A DNA stretch of 64,000 nucleotides from Gemmatimonadaceae bacterium (GCA_040902005.1 JBBDYA010000045.1:1-64000), one strand, 5' to 3'; counted from the first letter of the stretch, positions 38,733 to 50,445 are shown. The notes: generated by a model not told the origin, from the letters alone. Translations and numbers: made by a program.

Positions 38733-40001
38733 GTGCGCCGCCTTTCGCTGACGCAGTGGATCTTCGTCGCGATGGTGGTGGGTGTGGCACTGGGCTGGCT
38801 CTTTCCCGAGTCGGCGCGCGCCACGACCGGGTTTGCCGCAACCGACCTGCGCGTGCTCGCGTCGATCTTCCTCCGGTTGATCAAGGCGCTGGTGGTGCCG
38901 CTCGTGTTCGCCACCGTGGTCGTCGGCATCGCCGGTTCAGGCGAAGAGCTCGGCGCCATGGGCCGGCTGGCCTGGCGCGCGCTGCTGTTGTTCACGGCGC
39001 TCACGCTGGTTGCGCTCCTCATTGGCTGGGCGGCGGCGCTCATCGTTCAACCGGGTCAGGGTGTCGTCCTGCCAGCTGCCGACGCGGCGAGCCAGGTGCC
39101 CGTGCGCCGACTTACGTTCTCGGGCGTGATCGAGCAGGCATTCCCGCAGAGTCTCGCGGATGCCGCTGCCCGCAACGACGTGCTGCAGGTGCTGGTGTTC
39201 GCGCTGCTGTTCGGGGCGGCGCTCGCGCGCGTGGCGTCCGAACGCCGGGCGCCGCTGGTCCGTGTGCTGGAGTCGGTGGCCGACGCGATGTTCAAGTTCA
39301 CCGGGTTCGTGATGCTCTACGCTCCCATTGGTATCGGCGCCGCGATTGCCGTCACCGTGTCCCAGAGCGGCGTGGGTGTGCTGGGACGGCTGGGTGTGCT
39401 CATCCTCACCGTACTCGCGGCCCTCGCCGTCTTCATTCTCGCCGTGCTGTTGCCCCTGGCCGTCGTCAGCGGCGTGTCACTTCGCGCGTTCTGGAAGGTT
39501 GCGCGCGAGCCAACCTTGCTGGCTTTTGCGGCGGCGTCCTCGGATGCGGCGCTGCCACAGGCGATGAAGGCGCTGGAGGGCTACGGGGTGCCGCGCCGCA
39601 TCGTGTCGTTCGTGATGCCGACTGCGCTGTCGTTCAACCTCACGGGCAGCACGCTCTTCGTCGGCGTGGCCACGCTGTTCGTGGCGCAGGCCGCTGGCGT
39701 GACCCTGAGTGTCGTGGAGCAGTTGGCTATGATCGGCACCCTGATGCTCACGACCAAGGGCATCGCGGCGGTGCCGCGCGCGTCGCTCGTGATCCTGTCG
39801 GCGATGCTCACCAACTTCGGACTGCCGCTCGAGGGCGCCGCGCTGATCCTCGCGGTCGACGCGATCATGGACATGGCGCGCACCGGGACCAACATGCTGA
39901 GCCACTGTCTGGCGACGATCGTCCTCTCCCGCTGGGAGCAGCGGACGGGTTCGGAGGATCGGGCGCCGGCTATTTCGCCACACCCGCCAGTTGCGGGATG
40001 A
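38733..40001 (+). CDS. Second DAACS symporter (DctA/GltP-like)
   Basis: FLRLIK, KGIAAVPRAS and DMART. Confidence 0.88.
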   Translation: MRRLSLTQWIFVAMVVGVALGWLFPESARATTGFAATDLRVLASIFLRLIKALVVPLVFATVVVGIAGSGEELGAMGRLAWRALLLFTALTLVALLIGWAAALIVQPGQGVVLPAADAASQVPVRRLTFSGVIEQAFPQSLADAAARNDVLQVLVFALLFGAALARVASERRAPLVRVLESVADAMFKFTGFVMLYAPIGIGAAIAVTVSQSGVGVLGRLGVLILTVLAALAVFILAVLLPLAVVSGVSLRAFWKVAREPTLLAFAAASSDAALPQAMKALEGYGVPRRIVSFVMPTALSFNLTGSTLFVGVATLFVAQAAGVTLSVVEQLAMIGTLMLTTKGIAAVPRASLVILSAMLTNFGLPLEGAALILAVDAIMDMARTGTNMLSHCLATIVLSRWEQRTGSEDRAPAISPHPPVAG

Positions 40002-40446
40002 AGATCAGGGCGCCGAGGCGCAACAAGCGGCCCGCGAAGCCGACCCAGAAAAAGTACCAGAAGTTGAAGCGCCAGACCCCCGCTGCGATGGTCGTCAGGT
40101 AGAACGGGGGAATGCCGGTCAGCGCGCTGGCGAACACGACCACCGCCCCAAGCGCGGCGCGATCGCCAATCTTCGCCTTGGCCGCGGCCACCCGTTCCTT
40201 AAGCTTGCCATACGGTAACTTGTCAAAGCTTCGCCCCGCGAGGTACATGAGCGACTTGCCGAGCATGTGCGACATGGTGGCGGTCACCAGCAGCAGGGGC
40301 AGCAGGGAGCGTGGAGCCACAATGCCAAGGAAGACGACGTATACCTCGATGTTCACCACCGGGATGAGCGCGCTCGTGAATGAGATCGCGATCGTCGACA
40401 GGAACATGAACAGTGTGCTGTTGGGGCCGTCGAAGCTCACTCGCAT
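39970..40446 (-). CDS. VTT/DedA (YqaA-like) membrane protein; start 40446 or 40407
   Basis: SALIPVVNIE, MYLAGR, PPFY..TIAAG and GRLLR pattern. Confidence 0.7.
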   Translation of the reverse strand: MRVSFDGPNSTLFMFLSTIAISFTSALIPVVNIEVYVVFLGIVAPRSLLPLLLVTATMSHMLGKSLMYLAGRSFDKLPYGKLKERVAAAKAKIGDRAALGAVVVFASALTGIPPFYLTTIAAGVWRFNFWYFFWVGFAGRLLRLGALIFIPQLAGVAK

Positions 40447-40455
40447 CCTCGTCGT

Positions 40456-41556
40456 ATGAGTCGAATGAAGTTACTCGTCGATTCGGATGAGTTCTGGTCG
40501 GTGCTCAGCGCGGACATCCGGTCCGCGCAAGACGCCGTGTACATCCAAACGCTCTCCTTCGAGGGGGATCGCGTCGGCACCGCGCTGGTCGACGCGCTCG
40601 ATGGCTCCGCATGCCACGACCGGCGTATCCTCGTGGATGCCTACACCCGCGTCATTCAGAACGACCGATTCCTGTATTCGCCGGCCAGCTTGTTCGACCG
40701 CGAATTGCGCGCTGAAGTGCGCGCGACGTCGCGACTGATCGAGCGAGCTCGCGAGCGGGGCATCGGCGTGCAGTTCACGAACCCGATGGGTCCGCTGCTG
40801 GTGCGTCTGCCGGCGCGGAACCACAAGAAGATGATGGTCATCGACGACCGTGTGTGCTATCTGGGCGGCCTCAATTTCAGCGAGCACAATTTCGCGTGGC
40901 ATGACCTGATGGTGCGGATCGAGGATCCCGCCATCGCGGCGTTTCTGAAACAGGACTTTCTTTCCACGTGGGCTGGAGACGATGTGCCGCGCACGGGAAT
41001 GTTTCCGGGGATCGACGTCCACTGTTGCGACGGGCGCACCAACGCCGGCGTGTTTCAGCGGGTGTTCGATTGCATGGAGGCCGCACGGGAGTCCATTTTT
41101 GTCGAGAGCCCCTACCTCACCTCACCCTTCTGCGAGAAGCTGGCCGAGGCCCGGCGGCGCGGCGTGCGCGTGACCATCGTCAGTCCGGAGGCGAACAACC
41201 ACACGCCGATGAAGAAGTACATCATCCGGGAATCTCGGCGGCACGATTTCGACCTCCGACTCTATCAGGGGCGCATGACGCACCTGAAGGCCATGCTGGT
41301 GGACGATCGCTGGCTCATCGTCGGATCATCCAATTTCGACGTCCTCAGCTACTACCTTCACCAGGAGACCGTGGCGATCGTGACTGATCCTGACCTCATC
41401 GCGGATTTTCAGGAGCGAGTGATGCGCCTCGATCTCGATCAGTCACACCCGATCCCAGCCGGCGACGGCGGTCTGGGTGGCCTCTTTGCCTACGGCCAGG
41501 TACAGTTGGCCGCGAAGGTCGCGCTGTTATTGTGCCGGCCCGCCGCGGCATCCTGA
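40456..41556 (+). CDS. Phospholipase D-family protein (cardiolipin synthase ClsB-like)
   Basis: Two HKD motifs (HKKMMVID, HLKAMLVD), GGLN, SPY and GSSNFD; no N-terminal TM. Confidence 0.88.
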   Translation: MSRMKLLVDSDEFWSVLSADIRSAQDAVYIQTLSFEGDRVGTALVDALDGSACHDRRILVDAYTRVIQNDRFLYSPASLFDRELRAEVRATSRLIERARERGIGVQFTNPMGPLLVRLPARNHKKMMVIDDRVCYLGGLNFSEHNFAWHDLMVRIEDPAIAAFLKQDFLSTWAGDDVPRTGMFPGIDVHCCDGRTNAGVFQRVFDCMEAARESIFVESPYLTSPFCEKLAEARRRGVRVTIVSPEANNHTPMKKYIIRESRRHDFDLRLYQGRMTHLKAMLVDDRWLIVGSSNFDVLSYYLHQETVAIVTDPDLIADFQERVMRLDLDQSHPIPAGDGGLGGLFAYGQVQLAAKVALLLCRPAAAS

Positions 41557-42455
41557 CCGATGGAGCCGGATGCGCCGGTTGTACGACTGCCGGGGCAGGC
41601 CAGGATCAACCGGGCAACCGAGTCGGGTGACTCCTCGTGCGGGAAATGGCCGACCCCAGGCAACCGCGCGACGGAAAACGCCGCTCCGAGCGGCTCGAGC
41701 GCCGTGAGTTCCTCGGGGTCAGGGCCGGACGGATGAGGCCACTCACCGAGAATCGCCAGGACGGGCCCCCGCAGCCGCGCGACCACGGTCGGAAGCGGTT
41801 CCGGCTCGACCGAGTCGGCGAGACGTGCGGCCATGGCCACCACGGCGCCAATGTGGTTCAGCATCGGTTCGGAATAGGCATGGCGCGTCGTGGAATCCAG
41901 CCATTCGCGCGTCCCACTGTTCTCCGCGAGACCGTTGAGAAACCGAGCTCGGATGAACCGCCGACCAAAGGGGATTCTCGCGAGCAGGGGTGCCAGCCGA
42001 TACGCCGTCGAAAATACCTTCGTGCGATTGTAGGGAAGCGCGCCGACGTCGAGCAGGTACAGCGCAAAAACGCGTTCAGGCGCATACGCCGCGACCCGGA
42101 GCGCGACGCCGCCTCCGTGCGCATGGCCTGCCAGTCCTACCGGATCATCCCCATACCGATCCAGCACGGCCACCACACGTCTGGCCAGCGCCGCGAAGCT
42201 GACGTCGGTGCTGTCGAGCGACAGACGATACGGATCGATGACGATGACCCGTGCGCCGCCGCTCACCAATTCCGCGCGCAGGCGGTTCAGTCCCGCGACG
42301 CCGCCCACGATCCCGCTCAACAGGACGTAGGTGGGTGCGCCCTCCCCTGAAACCGCGACGGTCGCCTCGTCCCAGTCTGGTTTGGCCTGCTGCCCGGCCA
42401 GCCCTGTCGCGTAGCATCCGAGCGACACGAGGCTGAGGGCGAGTTGGCGTCGCAT
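41490..42455 (-). CDS. Exported alpha/beta-hydrolase-fold protein lacking the canonical Ser
   Basis: Signal peptide; GHAHGG at the nucleophile elbow; APERV; GHFPHEE. Confidence 0.75.
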   Translation of the reverse strand: MRRQLALSLVSLGCYATGLAGQQAKPDWDEATVAVSGEGAPTYVLLSGIVGGVAGLNRLRAELVSGGARVIVIDPYRLSLDSTDVSFAALARRVVAVLDRYGDDPVGLAGHAHGGGVALRVAAYAPERVFALYLLDVGALPYNRTKVFSTAYRLAPLLARIPFGRRFIRARFLNGLAENSGTREWLDSTTRHAYSEPMLNHIGAVVAMAARLADSVEPEPLPTVVARLRGPVLAILGEWPHPSGPDPEELTALEPLGAAFSVARLPGVGHFPHEESPDSVARLILACPGSRTTGASGSIGQDAAAGRHNNSATFAANCTWP

Positions 42456-42482
42456 CTGCGGCTGGCGTCGCACTGGTCGAAA

Positions 42483-43427
42483 CTACGGCAGCGACGACTT
42501 CGTCGCGGAAGCGCCGAGCATCCGCACCGCGATGCGCACCGCGCCTCGCGCAGCGTCGACATCGCCCGGATGGACGTGGGCACCCGGCACCGCTGCTTTC
42601 AGGCGATGCTCGAGCCGCTTGCGCAGTGGGGAGCTCTTGCTGAGCAGCCCGCCCGTGAGCGCCACGGGCACCGAAGCGCGTTCATCCGTGAAAAGATGGC
42701 GGGCGAGCGATCGCACGTGCAGAGCGAGTTCTTCAACGGCCAGGCTGACGATCGAGTTGGCGCGCAGGTCGCCGGAATTCGCTACGGTCAGAACGATGGG
42801 CGCGAGCGACGCCAATGCTGCGGGTGTCGCCGCTGCCGCCCAGCGGATGAGATCTGCCGTCTCGGCGACCTCGGTCGCGGTAAGTATGGCGCCGGTGAGC
42901 GCGGTTTCCGGCTCGCGCCCGTCGGCAGCGGCCGCCACCACGGAGAGTGCGCGCCGGCCGATCCAGGCGCCGCCGCCCTCGTCCCCGAAGGCCGGCCCCC
43001 AGCCGCCACATCGGCTCGTGACACCGGCCGGACCGCGCCCGAACGCAGCTGAGCCGGTACCCGCGATCAGGAGAACGCCCGGTCCCTCGCCAAAGGCATC
43101 CTCGAGCGCCACGGCAAAGTCAGTGAGCACGACGACTTCTTCGGCAATCTCGTGAGTGATCAGGGCGTCCCAGAGCGCCTGCCGTTCTGGCTCGCGTCCC
43201 GCCCCAGCAACGCCGACACACAGGACCCCCGGACGGTCGCCGCGCTCGCCCTCTTCCAGGACGTCACGCACGACACCCGCGATGATCCCGGCGCTCTCTT
43301 CGATCTCGTTCGGGCGCACCGCGCTGCCGGCACCAGTCGCTTCGGCGAGCGTCTGGCCATGCTCATCCGCGAGCACGGCGCGCGTCTTGGACCCACCACC
43401 GTCTATGCCGACGACGATCGATTGCAT
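42483..43427 (-). CDS. BadF/BadG-type sugar kinase (GlcNAc/MurNAc kinase-like)
   Basis: GIDGGGSKT, IAGTGS and GGWG...GDEGGG. Confidence 0.87.
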   Translation of the reverse strand: MQSIVVGIDGGGSKTRAVLADEHGQTLAEATGAGSAVRPNEIEESAGIIAGVVRDVLEEGERGDRPGVLCVGVAGAGREPERQALWDALITHEIAEEVVVLTDFAVALEDAFGEGPGVLLIAGTGSAAFGRGPAGVTSRCGGWGPAFGDEGGGAWIGRRALSVVAAAADGREPETALTGAILTATEVAETADLIRWAAAATPAALASLAPIVLTVANSGDLRANSIVSLAVEELALHVRSLARHLFTDERASVPVALTGGLLSKSSPLRKRLEHRLKAAVPGAHVHPGDVDAARGAVRIAVRMLGASATKSSLP

Positions 43428-43434
43428 CGGGAGC

Positions 43435-44970
43435 CTATGGCGTGGAGGCGCGCGCGTCCGGCGGCGCGGCATGCGTAAAGGAGGAGAGGATGCCCACGAC
43501 AAGGGTAATCGACGTGCCGATCAGAACGTACCAGGGGTACGCGATCCTGCTCAGGGCCTCCAGCCAGCCGAGGGAATCCTGCATTCCACGAGGGCCCAGC
43601 CAGGCCAGCAGCGGCTTCGAGAACACGACGACGGCCATGATGGAGATCGCCGTCGCCATCGCGAGAATCGCGTCGCGCTGGATCGCCCGCTTCCAGAGGA
43701 GCGCGAGGAAGAATCCGCCGAGCAGTCCCCCGTACGTGAAGGACGCAATGGACAGGGCGACCACGACCACCGGCGTGCCCTGCTGGCGATAGAGCAGCGC
43801 GCCTCCAATGAGAATCACAGCCCACACCAGCGTGAATCGCTTGCCCACGGCCAGCATCTGCCGGTCGTCGAGCGTTCGCCTGGTGAGGGGCAGATAGATG
43901 TCGTGCGTCGTTGCCGCGGAGAGCGCATTGAGCGATCCCGACACCGTGCTCATCGCGGCCGCGAGAATCGCGGCGATCACCAGGCCCGTGAGCCCGGGGG
44001 GCATCACCTCGATGATGAACTGCGGGAAGATCGCGTCGGAGGTGGCGAAGGTGCGACCGTCGTAGAATGCCCACAGCCCGAGGCCGATGATGAGGAAAAG
44101 CGCGAACTGCGCGATCACCACGATGCCGCTGCCGATCAGGGCGCGCCGAGCCTCGCGCAGGCTCGCGGAGGCGAGCAGCCGTTGCACGATGATCTGATCC
44201 GCGCCGTGAGAGGCCATCGACAGGAATGCGCCGCCGATCAGCCCGGCGGCCACGGTGTGCGGACGGTCGAATCCCATGTACGGATCGAACAGCGTCAACT
44301 TCCCCGCGGCGGATGCACGGTCGACGATGGCGCTCCATCCGCCCTCAACGCCGGCGCCGATGAGGTACACGGCGCTCAGCCCGCCGATCAGATACACGCC
44401 GGTCTGCAGCACATCCGTCCAGACGACCGCCCGCATTCCCCCGTGATACGTGTAGATCACGGTGAATCCGCCGAGGATCAGGATGGCCGCAGGGGTGGCG
44501 TACTCCGCCCGCACGACCGCGCTCAGAATGAGCGCCACCGGTATCGCGGTCGCGAAGATCCGCACGGAATCGCCAAATGCCCGCGTTACCATGAACACGA
44601 CGGAAGCGAATCGGCGCATCGCCAGGCCGAACCGGCGCTCCAGCAACGCGTACGCCGTGACGAGCTCGCCATCGTAGTAGCGCGGCAGCAGCGTGAAGGC
44701 GATCACGATGCGTCCCAGGAGGTAGCCCATCGCCAGCTGAAGGAACGAGAGGTCCGTGAGGTACGCGAGCGCCGGGATGCTGATGAAGGTGAGCGCGCTG
44801 GTCTCCGTCGCCACGACCGAGAAGAGAATGGCCCACCAGGGGATCGCCTTGTTGGCCACGAAGTAGTCGCGCGCCGACTTTTGCGAGCGGCCGAGCCAGA
44901 CGCCAAGCAGGGTGGTGCCGACGAGATACACGAGGACCACGACACCGTCGATCAGCGTGAAACGATTCAT
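43435..44970 (-). CDS. Sodium:solute symporter (SSS)
   Basis: DYFVA, SVVATETS, GGMRAVVWTD, DQIIVQR and AAAMST. Confidence 0.9.
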   Translation of the reverse strand: MNRFTLIDGVVVLVYLVGTTLLGVWLGRSQKSARDYFVANKAIPWWAILFSVVATETSALTFISIPALAYLTDLSFLQLAMGYLLGRIVIAFTLLPRYYDGELVTAYALLERRFGLAMRRFASVVFMVTRAFGDSVRIFATAIPVALILSAVVRAEYATPAAILILGGFTVIYTYHGGMRAVVWTDVLQTGVYLIGGLSAVYLIGAGVEGGWSAIVDRASAAGKLTLFDPYMGFDRPHTVAAGLIGGAFLSMASHGADQIIVQRLLASASLREARRALIGSGIVVIAQFALFLIIGLGLWAFYDGRTFATSDAIFPQFIIEVMPPGLTGLVIAAILAAAMSTVSGSLNALSAATTHDIYLPLTRRTLDDRQMLAVGKRFTLVWAVILIGGALLYRQQGTPVVVVALSIASFTYGGLLGGFFLALLWKRAIQRDAILAMATAISIMAVVVFSKPLLAWLGPRGMQDSLGWLEALSRIAYPWYVLIGTSITLVVGILSSFTHAAPPDARASTP

Positions 44971-46898
44971 GGGACGACGTACGCCTCCATTGCGTAGTAT
45001 GCGGCGAGGCCGAGCCGATCCAGCTCCGCGGCCGTCCCCTTGTTACGCGCTTCCACCCGCTGCCAGAACTCCCGGTCGTCGTAACCGCCCGGAAACGGCG
45101 CGCTGTCCTTCTGCGACTGGTGCTTGAAGATGGCCTGGATCTTCAGGCGCAGCTCTTCCTGCGACAGCGGCACGAGCCACGTGGCCTCGTGCACCGGCCA
45201 CTCCTGCCAGGCGCCGCGGTACAGCCAGGTTTCCGGGGGCGCGTCCAGCTCCGGCAGCGCACGGTCGATGGCTTCCTTGCACATGCGATGAGTGCCGTGC
45301 GGATCGGATAGGTCGCCCGCCACGAAAATCAGCTGCGGGCGCACCTCGCGGAGCAGGTCGGCCACGATCTTCACGTCGGCTACGCCGATCGGATCCTTCC
45401 TGACTTTGCCGGTCTGGTAAAACGGCAGGTTGAGAAAGCGGGCGGACGCGCGCGAGAGCCCCACCGTTTCCAGGCCGCTCACGGCCTCGGCCTCCCGGAT
45501 CAGCCGCTTGATGTCCTGCACTTCCGGGATATCCACCTCGCCGGGCCGCTTGCGGGCGAGAAAATCGTTCGCGCGTCCGGACAGGCGCGCGGCCGTTGCC
45601 GACTCGAGCAGCGATTCCTCGCCCAGCCGCTGCACGAAGTCCACGTACCGACGAACATCGTGGTCGAACACGGCGATGTTTCCGCTGGTCATGTACGCGA
45701 CGGTGATCTCGTTGTCATTCTCGACGAGCTTGCGCAGAATGCCGCCCATCGAGATGACGTCGTCGTCCGGGTGTGGCGAAAAGCAGATGATGCGCTGGCC
45801 CGCCGGCAGCCTGGACTTGCCCCGAATCTTCGCGCCGAGAAGGTTGAAGACCTTGCCGTTGACCTCGCCGGGGCTGCCGTGTCGGGCGACCAGAGACGAG
45901 AGCTTGTGGTCCGCGTAGTCCCGCTGCGTCAGCTTCAGGATGGCGGTGCCGGTCTGCTGCGACAGCCACATGACCGCGCGCACCATGAGCGGCTCCGTCC
46001 AGCGCACTTCGTCGATCAGCCAGGGCGTCGCGTTGCGGGTCAACTCCGCGCCTGCCGCGCGGTCCACGTAGAACGTGGTGTGCGGATGCCCCTGGAGGAA
46101 CGTCGCCGCGACTTCCACGTCCACCTCGCCCTCGACCGCGCGGCGTACGATGCTGGCCTTGTGCTCACCCGTGGCCAGAATGGCGATCTCCCTGGCCTCG
46201 AGGATCGTGGCCACGCCCATCGTGACGGCCTCGCGCGGCACGTAGTCCTCGCCGAAGAAATCCGCGGCGGCGTCGCGGCGCGTGACGTAATCGAGCGCGA
46301 TCAGCCTGGTGCGGCTCTCCACGCCTGATCCTGGCTCGTTGAACCCGATGTGCCCCGTCTTGCCGATCCCGAGGATCTGGAAGTCGATGCCTCCCGCCGC
46401 CGCGATCTGTGCCTCGTACTCCCGGCAGTAGCGCTCGACGTCTTCACGGGGAACCATGCCATCCGGCACGTGCACGTGCGCGGGATCGACATCCACATGG
46501 TCGAACAGGTTCTCCCGCATGAACCGGTGATAGGAGTGAAGGCTCGACAGTTCCATCCCGTGGTACTCGTCGAGATTGAACGTGATCACATTGCGGAAGC
46601 TCAGTCCCTCTTCCCGGTGCATTCGTGTCAGTTCGCGATAGACGCCGATGGGAGTGGAACCCGTCGCCAGGCCAAGCACCGTATGACGCCCGGACGTGGC
46701 GTGCTGGCGAATCAGGGCCGCGATTCGCGCGGCGATGAGCAGCCCGATGTCCTCATGGTCCTCCACGACCACGGTGGGAATGCGCTCCAGGCCAGCTGAT
46801 CCATTCGCCTGTACAAGAGGCCCGCGAACGTGTGAACGTTCACGGGCCTCGTTTCCGGCGCCGACGCTCGGCGGAGCGCCGGGGACCGACCGGCTCAT
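44967..46898 (-). CDS. nagB: Glucosamine-6-phosphate deaminase fused to a PIG-L-like deacetylase domain
   Basis: GLATGSTP, FNLDEY and GHIGFNEPG; C-terminal SPHPDDD, DPHGTH, HQSQ. Confidence 0.92.
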   Translation of the reverse strand: MSRSVPGAPPSVGAGNEARERSHVRGPLVQANGSAGLERIPTVVVEDHEDIGLLIAARIAALIRQHATSGRHTVLGLATGSTPIGVYRELTRMHREEGLSFRNVITFNLDEYHGMELSSLHSYHRFMRENLFDHVDVDPAHVHVPDGMVPREDVERYCREYEAQIAAAGGIDFQILGIGKTGHIGFNEPGSGVESRTRLIALDYVTRRDAAADFFGEDYVPREAVTMGVATILEAREIAILATGEHKASIVRRAVEGEVDVEVAATFLQGHPHTTFYVDRAAGAELTRNATPWLIDEVRWTEPLMVRAVMWLSQQTGTAILKLTQRDYADHKLSSLVARHGSPGEVNGKVFNLLGAKIRGKSRLPAGQRIICFSPHPDDDVISMGGILRKLVENDNEITVAYMTSGNIAVFDHDVRRYVDFVQRLGEESLLESATAARLSGRANDFLARKRPGEVDIPEVQDIKRLIREAEAVSGLETVGLSRASARFLNLPFYQTGKVRKDPIGVADVKIVADLLREVRPQLIFVAGDLSDPHGTHRMCKEAIDRALPELDAPPETWLYRGAWQEWPVHEATWLVPLSQEELRLKIQAIFKHQSQKDSAPFPGGYDDREFWQRVEARNKGTAAELDRLGLAAYYAMEAYVVP

Positions 46899-46906
46899 TG
46901 CGGCCG

Positions 46907-47263
46907 CTACGCGCTAAAGGAACTGCCGCAGCCGCAGCCGCCGGTTGAATTGGGGTTCTTGAACGTGAAGCCGGATCCCTGCATCGAGGTCACATAGTCG
47001 ATGTTCACGCCATTGATGTACTGCGCGGAGAAGGGATCGACAAAGACGTTCCAGCCGCCCTGGTCGATGACGAGGTCATCTTCGGCGGGGGCGTCTTCGA
47101 TGAGGAGGCCGTACTTGAACCCGCTGCAACCACCGGGCTGAACGCTCACGCGCAAGCCGCCGCGCGCCGGATCCACATTCTCGGCGTCCATGAATTTCTT
47201 GACTTCGACACTGGCGCCGGGGGTGACCGTCACCATCACGTCAGGCTGCTGGGTCGTACTCAT
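46907..47263 (-). CDS. A-type Fe-S carrier (ErpA/IscA/HesB family)
   Basis: GGCSG and CGCGSSF; GGAGG RBS. Confidence 0.93.
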   Translation of the reverse strand: MSTTQQPDVMVTVTPGASVEVKKFMDAENVDPARGGLRVSVQPGGCSGFKYGLLIEDAPAEDDLVIDQGGWNVFVDPFSAQYINGVNIDYVTSMQGSGFTFKNPNSTGGCGCGSSFSA

Positions 47264-47316
47264 GCTTCCTCCAATTCATTACGCGACAAGTGGTTCCACC
47301 GCGCGACCAGGAGCGA

Positions 47317-47345
47317 AATATACGTGGTTTACCGGGGTGCTTCAA
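47317..47345 (-). promoter_or_regulatory. Sigma70-type promoter upstream of the ErpA/IscA-like gene
   Basis: Minus strand TTGAAG-N17-TATATT. Confidence 0.65.
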
Positions 47346-47365
47346 GAATGAGACCGGCCGACCGA

Positions 47366-49137
<1,772 letters not shown>

Positions 49138-49141
<4 letters not shown>

Positions 49142-50445
49142 CGTAACCCGTGGTTGAGGGTCAGTCCGAGTTGCTGCCGCCGCGCCGTCACGACCACATC
49201 CGCCAGTCTCCGCCGAACTCCGGTAATTCCAGGATTGTCCCGCGTCGGGTTCACCCGGTTGGACAGGAGAATGATGAACAGGTCCAGCGCGGGGTCGATC
49301 GCGATTGACGTGCCCGTGAATCCCGTATGGCCGAAGGCGCGGGAAGACATGTAGCTGCCGGCCCAGGAGGACGATGGGAACCGGTCACGCATCCCGTCGC
49401 GTTCCGGCTTCTGCCAGCCCAGGGCACGGTTGGACAGCGTCGAATCCGCATATCGCGTGAACAGGTCGATGGTGCGGTCGTCGAGCACCCGCACCGAATC
49501 CAGTCGTCCGCCTCGCAACAGCATCATCGCGAACCGCGAGAGGTCCGCACCCGTGCTGAACAGCCCGGCGTGCGCCGCAACGCCTCCAAGATAGTACGCC
49601 CGTTCATCGTGGACGGCGCCCCGCACCAATCCGCCGCGCAGGGTATCGATCTCCGTGGGCGCGATACGCGAGCGCAGCTCCGGCGGTGGGCGAAACATCG
49701 TCTCGCGCAACCCCAGTGGCCCGAAGAGTCGCTCCGCCGCGAGCGCGTCGAGTCGCGCGGAGCCGAGTGTCTCCACGACGCGTCCGAGGACGAATGCGCC
49801 GATATCGGAGTACACGGTGCGGTTTCCAGCCGGACGCTCGAGCTCCGTGAGGAACAGCAGCATCGCGAGGCTGTCGGGGTTCCGGGTCTGCTGATCATAG
49901 GGGCGAAAGGCGGGCAGCCCACTCGTATGGGTGAGCAGATGCCGCACGCTCACCAGTTCCTTGCCCGGACCTGTCCACAGGGGCAGATAGCGTTGCACCG
50001 GCCTGTCGAGGTCGAGTTCGCCGCGCTCCGCCAGCTGGGCCGCGAGCATCGTGGTGGCCAGAACCTTGGTCAGCGACGCCAGATCCCAGAGGGTATGTCG
50101 GTCCGGCTGCGGCGACTCCGACCAGTCCAGTTGCCCGACGCCGAGCTCGTACAGCGCGCCGTGCGCGTTCCCGATCACCACGTACGCGCCCGGGAACGCG
50201 CGTTCGTTCACCGCGGCGTTCAACAGGACAGGGACGGAGTCCCGGAGCGTGCGCGTGAACGCGGTCACTGCCGCCTCGGGCCGCCCATGCGGAGGGTGCT
50301 GCGCGCATGCCGCTGCCACGTACCCGAGCAGCAGCGTCGCGCATGTTACTTGCGTTGCCGAGGCCGCTATGCTTGGTGCAGAAGCACCCCGCGCGCGCCA
50401 TCGCGCCCGGATCGGATTACCACGTAACGACCAGGAGAATCGCAT
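49138..50445 (-). CDS. Beta-lactamase-family (class C-like) serine hydrolase, probable lipoprotein; start uncertain
   Basis: SLTK, LLTHTSG, YSD, GHTGFTG and LSNRV; LLLGYVAAAC lipobox-like. Confidence 0.8.

Noticed and set aside
46831..46844. TGTGAA-cg-TTCACG as a second Rex site
   Set aside because: Spacer is 2 nt instead of 4, and it is better explained as part of an RNA hairpin
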